64,000 nt of DNA from Cenococcum geophilum (GCA_050273025.1 CP158635.1:21576001-21640000); one strand, 5' to 3'; positions 15,201 through 28,012 are shown, counted from the stretch's first letter. The notes: generated by a model from the sequence alone, not told the origin. Numbers and translations: made by a program.

Positions 15201-17676
15201 CTTCGTATATTACTTAAGCCAGAGTAACCCATAACGGTTAAAGTATCTCGTAAGATCCTTAAGATCGCTGCCTCCCTATAATGTTTCCGTAACCTATCTA
15301 GTAGTTCCCTATAAGGTCTCCGTTATAGAGGGGTTATTACCTATATTAGGCTTTATACCTATCTTATTATTAAATAGGGGTTAGATCTAATACTCCTTTA
15401 GGTGTAGAGCGTATACTATTTCACCTAGGGCTATATTCTCTAGGATGTCCTTTAGGCTTATTAGTAATATACACCCTTCTAAATCTTTATTGTTCTACTA
15501 TTTAAAGGCTCTAGTCTTAAAGCGTATCTTAAGATCTGCTTTTATAAGCTAAGGGTATTTAAGGATAAGATTATAACCTATAAAGTTAGCCGCCCAAAAG
15601 GGTTGCGGGCTAACTACCTTAGTGCGGTTGTGTATATCGGCTACTAATACTATAAGCTTATAGGCACTATATAGTTTAATCCAATACTTATCTAAAAAGC
15701 CTATAATAGGTTTTCGCCACCTTTGCGATAGAATAAGTTTATGCTCTTTTACTAAATTATATTATATAAGATTAATTTCGGCGCCGCTATTATATAGTGC
15801 TTAGAACTATTATATTTTACCTATAAGGAGTGTTATTTCTAGCTTAATAGTAATATAGAGAGTTTCTCCTTCTATATCTTGCCCTAATTATAGCTAAAAG
15901 AGGTTTATAACTAGGGCTTTTCTTCTTTTAGATTATTAGTGCGGTTATTACCTTACTTATTTTTCCAATAGGATCTACCTCCGGAGTTTTCTCTTAACTT
16001 CTTAGAGTGTTCCTATAAAGGTGCCGGATAGGTATTAGGTTAACCCTAAAAGTCTTTTTTGTTATTTAAGGTTCCTAACTTTAACCCTTTTAAAGTTCTC
16101 TTTAAGAACGGCTTCTTTAAAGGTTAGGTCTACCCTATATTACTATTAAAGTGCCTACGCTTTTAGTAACCCCCTAGCTTTCTACTGGAAGAGGTCTGGT
16201 TCCTTACCATATCTTTAGCGTTTAGAACTACTCGTTTAAAATCCGTATATATAGTAATCCGCGATAGGGCTCCTACGCGCTTTATTTTATCACAAATTAC
16301 TAGCTTAATTTTAGCCTAGATAAACCTAATCTTCTCCTTTTTACGGATACTACCGTCCTTATTTTTAAAGGGCTTTAGATCTATCTACTAAGTATAAGTT
16401 TTTATAAAGTTTATAAACTAGTAGAAGTTATAGCGGTCTAGCTATATCCTATTCTAGAATAGCTCTATATTATTATATTATATAATATATAGATCTTAAG
16501 TCTATTTCTTTAAAAAGGTTTATAGCTATAGCTATATAGTAATTTACTCTTTATTAAGCTGATTAAGTGCAATCTGGTTTAGTAATTAGTCTTTAATCTT
16601 GCTAATAATCTAGCGTATACGCTCTTTAGTATTATCTTATATTATTAGCATCTTAAAGAAGTTATCTACCTTATAAACCCAATCGTCTAACTATTAGGCG
16701 TTAGGTCTATAGCGAAGTTCTAAACTACTAAAGGCCTTAGCCAGTTAGTTTATATCCTTTTTTTATTTATAGTATAGATAACTCTCTAAGTCTTCTATAC
16801 CTCCTTAGGTAGGTATTAAATAGCTCCTAAGAAGCCCTTAGCCTTAACTAAGTTATAAAAGAATTTACCTAGCTTAGATTAGACCCTATTAGATCTAAAT
16901 TTGCCCTTAAAGGGTTCTAATATATTTATTAATAGCTTTCTCCCGTATAGCTTCTAAGAGCCTTATAATAGCTTCCTAATATCTATCTTAAAGGAGATTA
17001 GTATAGGGCTCTTAACCTTCTAAACTTAGGCCTGGGGAGGCTCCTACTATAAAGGTAGTATTAGTACTAGTAGCTAGTATAGGCTTCCTAATAAGGCTCG
17101 GGTCTTAAGTTAGTAGTTAGCTTAGATTACCTAAAGGGGTAGGCCTACTTGGCTTGTAAGTAGTCTATATACCATTACTATACCAATTATAGGCCGGTGG
17201 TCTTCCGGAAGGGTTCTAGTTAGTTCCCTAGTTAGATATATTAGTATATTCCTCTAGCATTTTTAGCTTAAGGGAAGATTTTAAAGTTATCTCTGGCGCT
17301 TAATCTTCTAATTGGCCTAGGTAGGGCTAAAAGGGTTCCAGTTACTTTTTAGCAGCGTTACGACCGTTATAAAGGGTGTCTGCGTTTTCTTTAGCGGTAA
17401 CTATAGGTATGCGAGAGTCTTTAAGCTCCTAGAGCATCTAGGTATTAGGGCTTATTCGGCCATCTTACCCAGAGGGTTATATTATCGCAATCTCTCGCTA
17501 TTGGAGGGACCTTCCTACCTTTACGCGACGGCTTTCCATAAGGTATCCGTGGAGTTTCTATTTAGATTATTACGAGATTTTTAAGGGAGAATAGTAGTTG
17601 TAAATAAAAGATATAAATAAACAATCTGGTCCTTAAAGCCGACTACCCTTCTAAAAAAGAGTAGGAAGGATTTAAA

Positions 17677-17891
17677 TATAAGGGGATCTTATAGATAGGG
17701 GGCTATAAGGACACGATTGGAATAGGATAGATTAGTAAGAGAGACGAATCCTTAAGGAGGTAAGGCCTCTAAAATTGTGGAGACTATATACTACGGGCAC
17801 GTGCCTTTAGTATGTAACTAGTGACTATCTAAGGGGCGTCTGGGGGTTGCCCTAAGGGCAACTTAAGGTGTCCGTAATAATATCCCTTACA
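17677..17891 (-). repeat. 5' LTR of Gypsy B
   Basis: tataagggga...cccttaca, followed by TSD ATAGG. Confidence 0.92.
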
Positions 17892-18489
17892 ATAGGCTAC
17901 TTAGTCTATAAATATTGCTAGCTTTATTCCCTCTTATATAATCTTAAAGTGTATTTACGTAAGGAATCCTTTAAGCTTTAACTTTTCTCCTAAGAATTAC
18001 TTAATTAATAGTAGCTTAACCTTAGCTGCTCTAATTCCATTAATCCTTTATTTAAGTATCCTATTATTATCTGTTAATTAATTAACTATTTCCTATAACT
18101 GTCTAACCGTAACTAGTTATAAGTTAGTATCTGCTATACTAGTGTCGTTACCTAATCTTAAAGTAGTTACTACTGTTAACGGCGTTATAGCTAGTGCTTT
18201 TAGTGGCATATTATTTAACTTTATTAATACTATAACTTTAGCAGTGAATATATAAAAAAGCCTTATAGTAGGAACTATGGTTAACTTATTAATAGGCTAG
18301 GTATATAGGTAAATAAGAAGTTAATAACGTAATAATAACTAGTGGAGTAGTTGCCTAATAGATTAACTCTAATTATATTCTAAGATTTACTATAAAGAAG
18401 AGAACTATCTAGGTAGGGACTGTAGTCCTTTAAATACATAATACTGCGCCTAAGAAATGTACTAAGTACGTTAGTACGTTAGTACGTCG

Positions 18490-18806
18490 CGTTCCTATAT
18501 TCTAAACTTATAACGTAACTAACTACGTAACTCGGTTACCCCCTATTCTATAGCTTAACTGGTTCTAGTACCTCCTATACTTCTACCACTAGTCCGTTTA
18601 TATCTCTTCTTAGTAGTGCTACTACTGCTAATATAAGGTCCGTAATAACGTTCCTATGTTTTAAACTTATAACGTAACTAGCTATATAACTTAGCTACCC
18701 CTTATTCTATAGCTCGATCGGTTTTAGCGCCTCTTATACTATCTTAACTAACCCATATATCTCTCTTTTTAGTAGTTGTACTACTGCTAATATAAGGTCC
18801 GTAATA
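18490..18806. repeat. Tandem duplication of about 158 bp at the end of the Gypsy A LTR region
   Basis: Units 18490-18647 and 18649-18806 both run cgttcctat...ctactgctaatataaggtccgtaata. Confidence 0.85.
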
Positions 18807-19295
18807 GGCAAACTGGCGGCATAACACTTGCGATTTATAGTTAATTAAAAATTATAAAGGATATAAGTTATAGGCTAAATAAAATAAAATAAAAGGGAAG
18901 GGAAATCTAGTGTCCTACCTTAGGGAGACTTCTATATTTATAGGTCTTTATAGGCCCTAGCGTTCTATTATCCTATTATCCTATTATATTATATTTTACT
19001 ACACATTTCTTATTCGGCGAAGGATAATAATAATACTCCTATTATATAATAGCGTTGGCTAAGGATAGCCGCTTAAGAAAAGGGGGGGCAATTATTAGGC
19101 TATAGAGACGTACTTGCTATAACCGGCTTAGCGCAGGTAAGATACAGGCGAGGCGCCTATAAAACGTAGTCGCCCCGCACTAGAGAACAGTAGAATTTAG
19201 TTCTATAGTTCTACTTTATTAAGAACCAGATACCTATTGCATTTCGCTACTATTATTACGTTACTATATACCCTTAAGGCCTTAGTGTCCTAACA
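18807..19295 (+). mobile_element. 3' end (PPT plus 203-bp LTR at 19093-19295) of another LTR element, D
   Basis: Polypurine tract aagaaaagggggggcaat directly precedes tattaggc...tcctaaca (RIP-altered TG..CA with inverted termini). Confidence 0.65.
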
Positions 19296-20690
19296 GCCAG
19301 CTTTAAGGACTAGATTATTAATTTATATCTTTTATTTATATCTGCTATTTCTTTTTTTAAATTTTATAATAACCCAAATGAAAACTCTATAGACACCCTA
19401 TAGAAAGCTATTACATTAAGGTAGAAAGGTCCCTTTAATAGCGAGAGATTGCGATAATATAAACCTTTAAGTAAGATAGCTAAATAAGCCCTAATACCTA
19501 GATAAACTAAAAGCTTAAAAACTCTTATATACCTACAGTTACTAGTAACGCTATAAAGAAACAGATACCCTTTATAGCGGCCGTAATACTACTAAAGGGT
19601 AACTAGAATCCTTTTGGCCCTACTTAAGCTAATTAGAAGATTAAGCGCTAGAGGTAACTCTAAGATCTTCCTTTAAGCTAAAAATGCTAAAGAAATATAT
19701 TAATATCTTTAATTAGGGATCTAACCGGAACCCTCCTAGAAGACTATTAGCCTATAATTAGTATAGTAGTAGTATATAGACTGCTTATAAGCTAAGTGGG
19801 CCTACCCCTTTAGGTAATCTAACCTAAATACTAACTTAAGACCCGGGCCTTGTTAGGGTGTCTATACTAGCTACTAGTATTAATACTACCTTTATAACTA
19901 GAGCTCCCCTAGGCCTAAGTTTAGAAAGTTAAGAGCCCTATACTAATTTTCTTTAAAAATAATATTAAAAGGCCACCGCTAGGCTTTTGGAAGCTATATA
20001 GGAAGAAGCCACTAATAAATATATTAGAAACCTCTAGGAGCAAGTCTAAATTTAGTAAAGCTTAATCTAAGCTAAATAAAATCTTTTATAACCTAGCTAA
20101 GGCTAAGGGCTTTTTAAGGGCTATCTAGCACCTACTTAAGGAGATATAGAAGAGTTAGAAAGGTATCTATATAGTAAATAGAAATAGGATATAGACTAAC
20201 TAGCTAAGGCCTTTAGTAGCTTAGAACTCCGCTATAGACCTAACGCTTAATAGTCAGATGATTAGGTTTATAAAGTAGATAACTTCTTTAAGATGCTAAT
20301 AATACAAGATAATACCAAAGAGCGTATTTAATAGATTATTAGTAAAATTAAAAATCGATCTCTAAACCAGATTGCACTTAGTTAGCTTAATAAAGAGCAA
20401 ATTACTATATAGCTATAACTGCAACTCTTCCTAAAGAAGTAGACTTAAGATCTATATATTATATAATATAATAATATAGAGATAATTCTAGAACGGTACG
20501 TAGTAGGATAGTAGTAATTTCCGCTAGTTTATAAACTTTATAAAAACTTATACTTAATAGATAAATCTAAAGCCCTTTAAAAATAAGGACGGTAGTATCT
20601 ATAAGAAGGAGAAGATTGGATTTATCCAGACTAGAATTAAGCTAGTAACTTATAATTAAATAAGGCGCGTAAAAGCCCTATTGCGGATTA
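19296..20690 (+). mobile_element. 5'UTR-gag fragment of a Gypsy B-family element, inverted relative to B
   Basis: Colinear with the reverse complement of about 16255-17640 (e.g. gctttaaggac, aatagcgagagattgcgataat, ctaaaccagattgcactta, gcggattac). Confidence 0.85.
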
Positions 20691-21568
20691 CAATAAGGCT
20701 CGCGGAAACCGCTTATATTATTAAAACCACCTAATTATCCCTAATTATAATAAGATTAAGCTTAATCTTCTCAAATATATATATAATCTACTAGTAGCTA
20801 GCTATCTAGGCTAAAGAAAAATACCTAGAGCTACTTTAGCGAGAGTATTACTGGCTAAATATATATAATATAATATAGAGGTATATCTCTAGCTGCTTTT
20901 TTATTTTTTTTTATTTTTTTTATATCCGTTGTATTATACTATGTACAATACTGCGCATGCAGCCTCTAGGCTATGGCGCTATAGTTCTATATACATAAAT
21001 CCTTTCTAGGCAGCTTAACATGTACTAGTAGCTAAGTGGACACTCTGGCCCGTTTTTAAAATGCTAGGGGAGCTCTAGCGACTAGTGTTTTTTCGTTCTA
21101 GTATTTTGCTTACTATGGTCCAGTTCACACCAAGAAAACTAAGGAAATCCTGGCTCTTTTATCTATTTCTGCCGTATTCTGCCGTTCCTAGAGTAGAAAA
21201 AGCGCTCTAAAAGAATGATTTTTATTAAATAGTTTTGCACTTAAGAATAAGAGGCGTTATAATAGCTTGCTAGCTTGGAAGCAGCTACCAATTACCCCTA
21301 AAGCGACTTTTTATCCTGTACCCTATCTCTTCTCCTTGCTAAAGAAATGGGTAGGGAATTAGTAATTAATAGCTACTCTCCCCAAAAGTAGGCTATTAAT
21401 GGTATTTTATAAGGGCGAACCTCGTTACATAAACCTACTCCCATAGGAAAATTTTCACGAGGTTGTCTGTATAGGGTATAAACACCAATTCGCCTATACA
21501 CCTTATATTTTACGTGCTAAAGTAACACGGGCCGGCCCCCCTCCCCTCTCCCCCCTGCTGTAGCTACC
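20691..21568. mobile_element. Unclassified RIP-degraded repeat fragment, possibly the end of a DNA transposon
   Basis: TpA-rich. Ends in a C-rich terminus (gggccggcccccctcccctctcccccctgctgtagctaccc) that abruptly truncates the neighbouring GC-rich element. No domain recognised. Confidence 0.35.
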
Positions 21569-21635
21569 CTATCTGCGCATCTGCGGTACGCCTATAGTGC
21601 GGTGTTGTATGGCATATTGTAGCGGTAGTGGTTGC

Positions 21636-21796
21636 GGTTGTGGTAGAGGTCGTCTGCAGCTCGATGGCTGTAGACAGGTTGCGGAGGTCGTCTGCAGCTC
21701 GATGGCTGTAGACAGGTTGTAGTAGAGGTCGTCTGCAGCCTGATGGCTGTAGACAGGTTGTGGTAGAGGTCGTCTGCAGCTCAATGGCTGTAGATA
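21636..21796. repeat. Minisatellite, 4 copies of about 41 bp
   Basis: Unit ggttgtggtagaggtcgtctgcagctcgatggctgtagaca; the second copy is 3 bp shorter. Confidence 0.9.
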
Positions 21797-23541
21797 GGCA
21801 GGTAGTTATATAGTAGAGTTCGACATGCCTGCTTATCCAGGCCTCTACCCCAGTTTTCTAGTAGCTTTCCTATTTATCTAGGCCCGAGGGCCTAGGGCTT
21901 TCCACAAGCAGTTGGCTGCTACCACCCATAACACGGGGAATTTCACCAGTTCTCTCGGATATCTTATAATAGGCTATTAGCCTAAGTACTAGCCTGCCCC
22001 CCAGCAGTCTATATAAGAGTCTCCTCCTAGAGTTGGTACGCTTTTGCACGGCTTGGGAGCCTTCCATAGCCTCTAGTTTTACGCCTCTTTTCATTGTTTC
22101 CGCCGGCATAGGCATAAGCTGCCATTTACAGGGGTCGCAACTCCCGTCTTACGCGCCTACTGACGTAATCCTACAAGGGCGTCGTAGCTGCATCCTGCAA
22201 TGTGGTTGAAGCCTTAGGTACCATCTACGGTTAAGGCCCAGCCAAAAGCCTCCCCCGCCTAAGTAACTCCTGTTTGCTCCTTAAGCGTACCTCACTAGCG
22301 TACTGCCCTAGCGAGCAGTCGTACTGCCCTAGCAAACAGTCCTATCTATTAGTACACCGACACGCGCATCCGTTCTCTCAAGCCACGTAGTAGTCTCTCC
22401 GGCCAGGACGTGATCCTGCCTGCCTACCAGGTGCACTAGGGGTCAGAGCCCAGCTAAGGGGTAAGGTCCCTAGAGCCAGCAGTGGCTACTACGCACTACG
22501 CCCCGCGGGAGGTTTTAATTCCCGTTTCGCGTTGCCTGTAAGAGTCTCCTTATAACAGGCCGACCGTGTCTTGCAGAATAGGTTATAGACTAGGTCCCGT
22601 GCCAGGCGACCTACCCTACCCTATTCTACTAACCAAGCTTATGTCCCCCCTTTGTATAAGCTAGCCTGTGTCTCTAACTGTCAAGTCCTCGTACGACTAG
22701 CCTGTGTTTCCTTAGAGCCTCCCCCATATATATGCGCAGGTTGCGTGCACCACGCCTATTAAGACCCTCCTGTGAGTCACCTGTAGGTTAACCGTAGGTC
22801 GAACGCCATGGGGCCGTCGAAGCTGGCCTGTGTTTCCGCTGCCTAGAGCTTTGCCCGTGTTTCCACCTCGTTAAGCCGTCTGGTTGCCGTCGCGTCGCCG
22901 TCGCGTCGCTGTCGCGTCCTGTCGTCCAGGTCGCGCGCACCACGCCTATTAAGACCCTCTTCTGAGTCACCTGGGTGTACCGGATACCAGATAGGCCCTC
23001 GTAGAGGGGCCTTAACGAGTTCTCTAGGCAGGGCCTTAACAAGTTCTTCGCGGTGGCCTTAGGGCCTTAACAAGTTTCGTACGATTCTACAACGCGTTAA
23101 CCTTAACAAGTTCTTATAAGCAGAGATTTCCTACGCCCTCGCCGCGTTCCTTTGCGGTCTCAGAGCTAGTGCAAGCCCAAGGGTGTCCTGTTGTACGTCT
23201 AGGTCGCGTCCACGTCGACTGGCTGAATAAGGCCAGTTTCGGGCCTGGCTACGAGCCAGGTAGTCGTACATCGGGTGGTTTTCGTATCCCAGTTTCCCTT
23301 GATAGCCCCCCTAGATGGTAGAGCAGGAGCCCCAGGCGGGGGCAGTAGGGCTCCTGGTGTTGTTGAGGGCGATGCTTCGTACGCGTCGCAGGCTCAACAC
23401 CACAGAACCGCGACGACAGCGCGCTGCACGCGCTGCGACGGCTCCCTACCATCGCCTCTGCACTTGGCCATCAAAAGGAACGATTTCCTGATGATGTTTC
23501 CACCCGCGGCGACGTGGACGCGTGCAGTAGGGCTTCGCGGG
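21797..23541 (-). repeat. Dispersed GC-rich 1.75 kb repeat (leader copy 1), homologous to 47871-49638
   Basis: Colinear, same-orientation match from ggcaggtagttatatagtagagt to gtagggcttcgcggg. Differences are dominated by RIP transitions, and this copy is the less mutated one. Confidence 0.92.
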
Positions 23542-25043
23542 TATCTCTAGCTGCTATACCTATTAATAAGCTAAAGCTTTATATAAGATATATAACGGCC
23601 TTTTAAAGCCACTACCTGTTCTAAACCAAAGATAGAAAGATATTTTAATTAACTTTATTATTAATCTCCTTATAAGTAAAGGCTATATAAATACTATAGT
23701 AATTATAAACTAACTACCCAAGATAAGACACTTAATTGCCTACCCTAATATATTAGCACCTATTATTACCTAACTATTCCTAAATTATATATAGAACCTC
23801 TATAAACTCCCTAAAATAATTATCTCTAATAAATGCCGCTAGTTTATCTTTATATTTTAAAAAGAACTAACTACCTAGCTTTGCGCTAAAGTATTATTAT
23901 CTACTATATATTACTTAAAAATGGATAGTTAAACGGAATATAGAAATATATATATTATACTTATAGGATAACTAGATTAACTAGCTTATATTTACTAGGT
24001 TTACTATAAAGGTCTTCCTATTTCTAACTAACTTCGGTTAGTATCTATAAATAGGGTTTAAACCCTTTAATAATATCCCTTACTCCCCTTATTACGCCTT
24101 ATAAATTATAAAAGTAAATAATTTTATAAAAAAGATAGAGAAACTATAATAGTTCCTTACTAATAAGATAACTTAAGCCTAGTCTATCTATAAAGCTATA
24201 GTAAATAAGAACTAAACCCTAGTACTAGCTTACTAAGTTAGTAATTTCGCTTAGCTAGATATAAAGAAATTTAAATAAAAAATAACCTATTAAGAAACTT
24301 AATTAGAAGAACCCTGCCCCTTATAAGGTTAAAAAGAGTATCTTTCCTTATATATACTAACTAAAGCTCCCTACTATAGTTAAAATCTACCCTATATTAT
24401 ATACATTAGTTCTTTACCCTATTACCCCTATATTAAACGCCCTACCTAAATAGATTTAGACCCCCCCCCCCTACTAATTAAAATAGATAGTAAGGATAAG
24501 TACTTTATTAAAAGAATTAATAATATTAAGTATAATAAACGAAAATGCTAATATATATACCTTATAAAATAGAGAGACTATATTAAGCCTTTATAGGAAC
24601 CTATTAACTCTATAGAACTTATATAGGCTATAAAAGACTTTTATAAGCTTAATTTAGAACTAGTATAACCCTATCTTATAGAAGCTTAAGTTTAAAGGGG
24701 GGGTGCTATTATAGGATACCCCCGCAATACCTTATACACGCCTACCTGTTTCCACCGACTTAGTAACTAAAGACCGACCACAAGATGGCAATCTGCTATA
24801 TTCTGCCATATTCTGTTAAGTCCGCCGAATCCTGCCAAGTTCTGCTAGGACCGCTGCGCGAATCCTATTCTGCCCCGTGCACGTGTTAACTAAGTAACCA
24901 AGTTAACGATATATACCCTTTCTTCCTGTTTCCTTACCTTCCTTCCTTACGCAACGTCTTGACTTTATTATACAGTTTATGTACGTAGCTCAGTAATATC
25001 TGCCTCGCTATATATTATCGTCACTCGTACTCACTCCGTGATA
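23542..25043 (+). mobile_element. 3' fragment of a Gypsy chromovirus (integrase, chromodomain, PPT, 3' LTR at about 24707-25043)
   Basis: YNGLLKPLPV..QR.KDI.I.FI..L integrase motif at about 23590-23670; chromodomain-like D.YFI..I...YLIK. at about 24495-24580; PPT aaaggggggg at about 24695; LTR-like end ccgtgata at 25043, where the RIP signature stops. Confidence 0.75.
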
Positions 25044-25613
25044 GATACTATTGCTAAACCTTGGGGATGATCGAGGCATGCTATGTTTGACATATCCATC
25101 TCATATGGCCACTATATCAATTAAATACTTCTGGCAAGTCCAAGCCTGAAGATACCCTCCTACGAATATTACTTAAGCACACGTCGCGCCTTTAACCTTC
25201 TGCAACCCGTAAGGCGTGCATCTGATTAGTTGAATGGCTCTTGGTATGGAATGGAGTGTGTTGAGATATAGGTAAATTAAATTCATAAGCTATCTAATCA
25301 ATTTGAGGTTCGGCATCAATCAATGCACTTGTAATTTACTTCCAAGACAGCTCTCGCATGTGAATAAAAGCCCATCAGCACAATCAGAAGTTGAGTAGCC
25401 CAGAAAGGAGAACACAAAGCTTGGGGCAGTAATTACCGAGTGCTTTTAAAAGACCCGACAATATTATGAACGTCATTCATTGCCATTAGTAAACACATCA
25501 TACGAGTGCTAAATGCAAGGATTAACGTCAAAAGTGAGTTCATCACTGTAGATAACGTCCATGATCTCCAAAGCGGAACGGCCATTTCCATTACCAGGTC
25601 GCCGGGAAAGCAA

Positions 25614-26879
25614 CTAGGTGTGAACTGCAGTCTCAGCATTTTCAACCACAACATCCGCGGAGTGGTCATCGGACGATTCGCTTGACGCTACCTCCGATAC
25701 ATTTTCTTTCGGGAAGTCATCGAGGTGGCGGCAGGAGGCAGGGGCTTGGGCTAGTGCCGCTTGTTGAACCTCTTCGGACTCTTCGTAAATAGTGAATTCT
25801 CCACCAGAAGTGGCCAGTTTCTTTTTGAATAAGGACTCTTTCTCATGGGGAAAGTAATGCTCACCGGGCTGAAGATCAAACACATCCAACTCTTCTGCAT
25901 AGCGAAGCACAGGTTCAGTAGCATGATGATTGGGATTATTTGGCGTGATAACCACTTGCAGATGATTCAGATGGTTTCGAGGCGGCGTTGAATCTGAGTC
26001 GCGGTCTCCTGACAACGTCGAAACATGAAAACTAACCATTCTCGTGCGTTTTCTGAATGGTTCCTCATTATCACTATCTTGATTCCCAGGCTCTTGTTTC
26101 AGGACAACATCTCCTAGCCCTTCAATTTCATTGTCTTGAGGGTGAACACTGGAATCGTATACTACGTTCTTTTCGTGAGGGATGCGAGAAGAGCGTCTTG
26201 TTGTAAACATATGAGGACGCGGTGGCTTTTTCGATTTCGTTCTAGGGTCGTAGGTATCAATCTCAGTTTCACTGCCGGACAGATGATCCGAATCGTCATA
26301 TAGAATGTCTTCAGTGTCAATATTTTTGATACCGTAGCGTGACCTAGCCTTCGCAGCTCGTTTCGGTCTCATATACTCATCTAGAGGGTGGTGCTTCACG
26401 TCGTAGACGATCTCATCTTGTGGTCTACCGTGGACTTGTGCTCGCGTCAGGACGTTTGAGGACGCTGGCATGTTCTCATCGATATCAGTCTCCTCATCGT
26501 CATCTACGTCAATGGTGTTATCTGGTTTCAACCCAAACAGCATCGTGGGCTTTCTTGGCTTCCATTTTGACGGTTGTGACGAGTCTGACTGGCCCGGTTT
26601 CTTAATCACAGTTAATTTGGCGTAAGCTTTCAAGAATAAAGATTATTTAATTACCGTTATCTCTTCGAGGTCCTCTTCAATCCCCAGAGGCGAAATAATC
26701 TCAGCGCCTGCTCTCGATCGGACTGAGGTGTGGAAGCTTGGTGAATTTCCTGGAGCCTGCTCCTGAGCCATGCCTTGTAAGCTAGGATAAGTGAGAGCTG
26801 AGTTGAACAACTTCACCATTGAGTCCTCAAAGTCATCTTTAGGATTCTCGAAATCGCATTCACCAATGAGAGGTGGCAT
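25614..26879 (-). CDS. Hypothetical low-complexity, acidic protein (about 400 aa, 2 exons)
   Basis: ORFs 26643-26879 and 25614-26633 join in frame through a GT-AG intron at 26601-26654 (gtaatt...ttaac...ttaag), giving ...EEIT|KPGQ... Confidence 0.7.
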
Positions 26880-28012
26880 GTTTTTGACGTAGTCGTTATT
26901 TTAGTAGCTTGATATGAGATGACACGAGAATCAATTGTAGTGAGAAATTCTGACTGGCAGACGCGTTGGCTTCCTTTCGATGAGCCAACTGCTTGCTAGA
27001 TAGGAGTCTAGCTTGATGAGAGAAGTTTGATGAAGTAGTAAAGGACGAGGCAAGGAAAAGGCGAAGTGAAGTGGTCGTTGACTTTGACAGGAGCCTTATC
27101 ACTAAAGGGATAGGAAAACACGTGCAGACGAATCCTACTTGCCTTCAGTCAACATTTGCAAAATAAGCCAAAAGAGAAAGAGAGTTTTATTTAGCCGGCT
27201 GGTGCATTAGCCTATATAAAATCGTGTGTAGTAGAGAAAAATGTATGACGAAAGGGTTTTGGGATTCTGAAACCCGAAGCACTACAAAATGATATTTTGT
27301 ATGAATATGAGCATTGAAATTTCCTGGAGCCCTTCTTAGCAATGGTAGCATTCGGATCTTAATGCTATGTTCCGGCTTGGTTCAATGGGTCGGGGCCGAT
27401 TATGGGCAGTCAAGCCTTTGTACATCTGGCATGCTAGGCTTAGTTGAGATGACAGCTTAGCCGCGTTAAATCAAAGTTTGATCATCGACGACAGAGGATA
27501 AGTCAACGTCGAATGCACCAATAAGGCTAAGAGTAGGGATGTGGAGGCTATTGACACGGGAAAAAGCGAATATTGAAAAGAACCTATTTCGGGAGTAACA
27601 GAGTCTGGGGTTTGTCAACATATATCTAAGGTAGCATGTTGAGATATGAGATCAACGTGGAGAACGAGTGAAGTAATTACAATCCTTTTGACTATAAATG
27701 ATTGAGCCCAAGCGAATGTAACTGGGGGAAGATTCTGAACCCAGGTATGGGTCATAAATTGGCCAATGCCGATCCCCCCGTAGAACACCATGCTGCAAAG
27801 TGGCAGTTGATGGGAAATGCAACAGAAATAGACCAAAATGCAACAGCGCTAAATGAGAATCGGATGCAAAACTTATTCGTGTCGTACATGAAGGCATCCA
27901 TATATCCCCTCCTTTCCCAGAGTATGCCCATACCCAGAACGCCATCTATATTCCCAAGTAAATCTGACTCGCTCGAACGCAGGAAACAAGATGTATCGAT
28001 AGTGTGAAAATT

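Larger units (their letters stand above)
8992..17891 (-). mobile_element. Full-length (8.9 kb) RIP-degraded chromovirus-type Ty3/Gypsy element B
   Basis: Paired LTRs at 8992-9205 and 17677-17891; TSD ATAGG at 8987-8991 and 17892-17896; PPT (C-run on plus) at about 9206-9222. Protease AL..SGAEIN at about 15790; RT YLVMPFGLAN and IIYLD. at about 14420-14530; integrase at about 12300-12900; chromodomain EWYKVEAIL...FKVKWLG at about 11590-11740. Confidence 0.92.
4583..18806 (-). mobile_element. RIP-degraded Ty3/Gypsy element A (gag-PR-RT-RNase H), interrupted by three younger insertions
   Basis: Minus-strand remnants: protease ALIDS.A..NYI at about 6150; RT KNGKLRL.I.YR and VMQF.L at about 5270-5510; RNase H ET...DF.LGA...VAYYS...ELNY.IY.KE.LGIV at about 4600-4760. 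Gag continues at 17897 after element B. An LTR-like end (ccgtaata, RIP of ccgtaaca) lies at 18806. Confidence 0.8.
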
